IMG/VR virus record: IMGVR_UViG_3300035220_000425 | Location: 90-64,089 of that record | Direction: 5' to 3' (one strand) | Length of the DNA stretch: 64,000 nt | Source: a virus | Taxonomy: Duplodnaviria > Caudoviricetes | Shown here: positions 63,190 through 64,000 of the stretch, piece after piece | Layout: each line of letters starts with the position of its first letter | How positions within the stretch are numbered: position 1 is the stretch's first letter | Position numbers and translations under genes: made by a program | The notes under the pieces: generated by a model | Told to the model about the DNA's origin: nothing | What the model saw: the letters and a program-made list of their open reading frames with translations, nothing else | Databases searched by the model: none

Positions 63190-63310
63190 GTTTGTAACAG
63201 CTTTGGTCAAAAGATTGTTAGTCAATCAAAAAGAAAAGGATAAAGATAGCTGGGACAAGATTTGCATGAGGGATCCGAGAAATCCAGGTTGTAAGGTGTA
63301 CGACGTTTAG
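63176..63310 (+). CDS. CP12-like microprotein, 44 aa
   Basis: ...SWDKICMRDPRNPGCKVYDV: C-x8-C-x2-YD terminus. Confidence 0.65.
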   Translation: MTNLKFVTALVKRLLVNQKEKDKDSWDKICMRDPRNPGCKVYDV

Positions 63311-63359
63311 ATAATATGATGCCATTACCGGTAGACTGATCTTACGAATACCGGACGGA

Positions 63360-64000
63360 ATGGCTGAATTCAAGAACACAGCGCCTAGCGCAGAAGCTGT
63401 CTTTTACCGCACTTATAGCAGAAGAAAAACTGATGGCACCAGAGAAAACTTCGTCGAGGCGATGACTCGATGTGTCAAAGCAATTGCGAAGACTGGGAGC
63501 TTTACTGATGAGCAATATTCTTTTGTTCTAGAGCAGGCCCTTGGGCAGCATTGTTTCCCTTCAGGCAGATCTTTTTGGGTCGCTGGTACTGAATGGGCCG
63601 AACAGCAAGACAACTTTAGTGGTTGGTACAACTGCACTAGCACTAGGGTCGTTGACGTTGAAGCTTTCGAATTAATCATGGAACTTGCCATGATGGGTTC
63701 AGGAACTGGAGCGATGCTTGAAGAGAAATTTATCGAGAACCTTCCAGAGGTTTCTAGAAAAATCAACATTATCCTCACTACAGACATTGGATATTTGCCA
63801 GCGTCAGAAAGAAGTGACGAGACTGTATTGATTCACCCTGAAGATTCAGCAGACGGAGAATTTGTGCTTTCAGTCGGAGATAGCCGGCAAGGTTGGGTCA
63901 AGGCTTATAGCAATCTGATTTCGCTGGCGACAGATGGAGACTCTGAAGAAGCAACTGTAGTCATTGATTTAGGTAACGTCCGCCCTGCAGGCGAGCCGTT
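63360..64000 (+). CDS. nrdJ: Class II (B12-dependent) ribonucleotide reductase, 5' part
   Basis: Hand translation MAEFKNTAPSAEAVFYRTYSRR...FPSGRSFWVAGT...YNCTS...MELAMMGSGTG; runs off the window. Confidence 0.9.
   Translation, partial: MAEFKNTAPSAEAVFYRTYSRRKTDGTRENFVEAMTRCVKAIAKTGSFTDEQYSFVLEQALGQHCFPSGRSFWVAGTEWAEQQDNFSGWYNCTSTRVVDVEAFELIMELAMMGSGTGAMLEEKFIENLPEVSRKINIILTTDIGYLPASERSDETVLIHPEDSADGEFVLSVGDSRQGWVKAYSNLISLATDGDSEEATVVIDLGNVRPAGEP

Noticed and set aside
63413-63787. Minus-strand 124-aa ORF
   Set aside because: Antisense to nrdJ, which the track missed because it is truncated
1-64000. tRNA genes, integrase/att sites, introns or inteins
   Set aside because: No cloverleaf/T-loop signature or recombinase was seen by eye; TerL, DnaG and ThyX have ordinary lengths. 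tRNAscan was not run

Overview
A 64-kb segment of an AT-rich tailed dsDNA phage genome. It is most likely a marine cyanobacterial siphovirus (S-CBS2/P-SS2-like gene content: hli, cyanobacterial-type class II RNR, ThyX, two sigma factors, DUF4278 behind a glutamine riboswitch). Left to right: a G-skewed possible terminus region with small accessory genes; neck and tail module (frameshifted tail chaperone, HNH, tube, tape measure, a large Cys/Asp-repeat hub and tail-tip proteins); scaffold and major capsid; five more fibre genes, three ending in S74 chaperones; lysis cassette; helicase and initiator next to an iteron-type origin; recombination, sigma factor, ThyX, terminase, primase and RNR genes. 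No portal, integrase, tRNA, CRISPR array or reverse transcriptase was seen. Most notable: (1) in-frame DNA junction repeats that divide the fibre genes into variable cassettes; (2) a tandem glutamine riboswitch with a whole ORF inside an aptamer loop; (3) a GGMANNMTA promoter-like motif about 28-30 nt before many late genes; (4) a possible DGGxF peptide docking code for building a branched fibre tree; (5) several small ORFs missed by the ORF track (hli, CP12-like, AT-hook-like, twin Cys-rich). All family assignments come from motif recognition by eye, not database searches.
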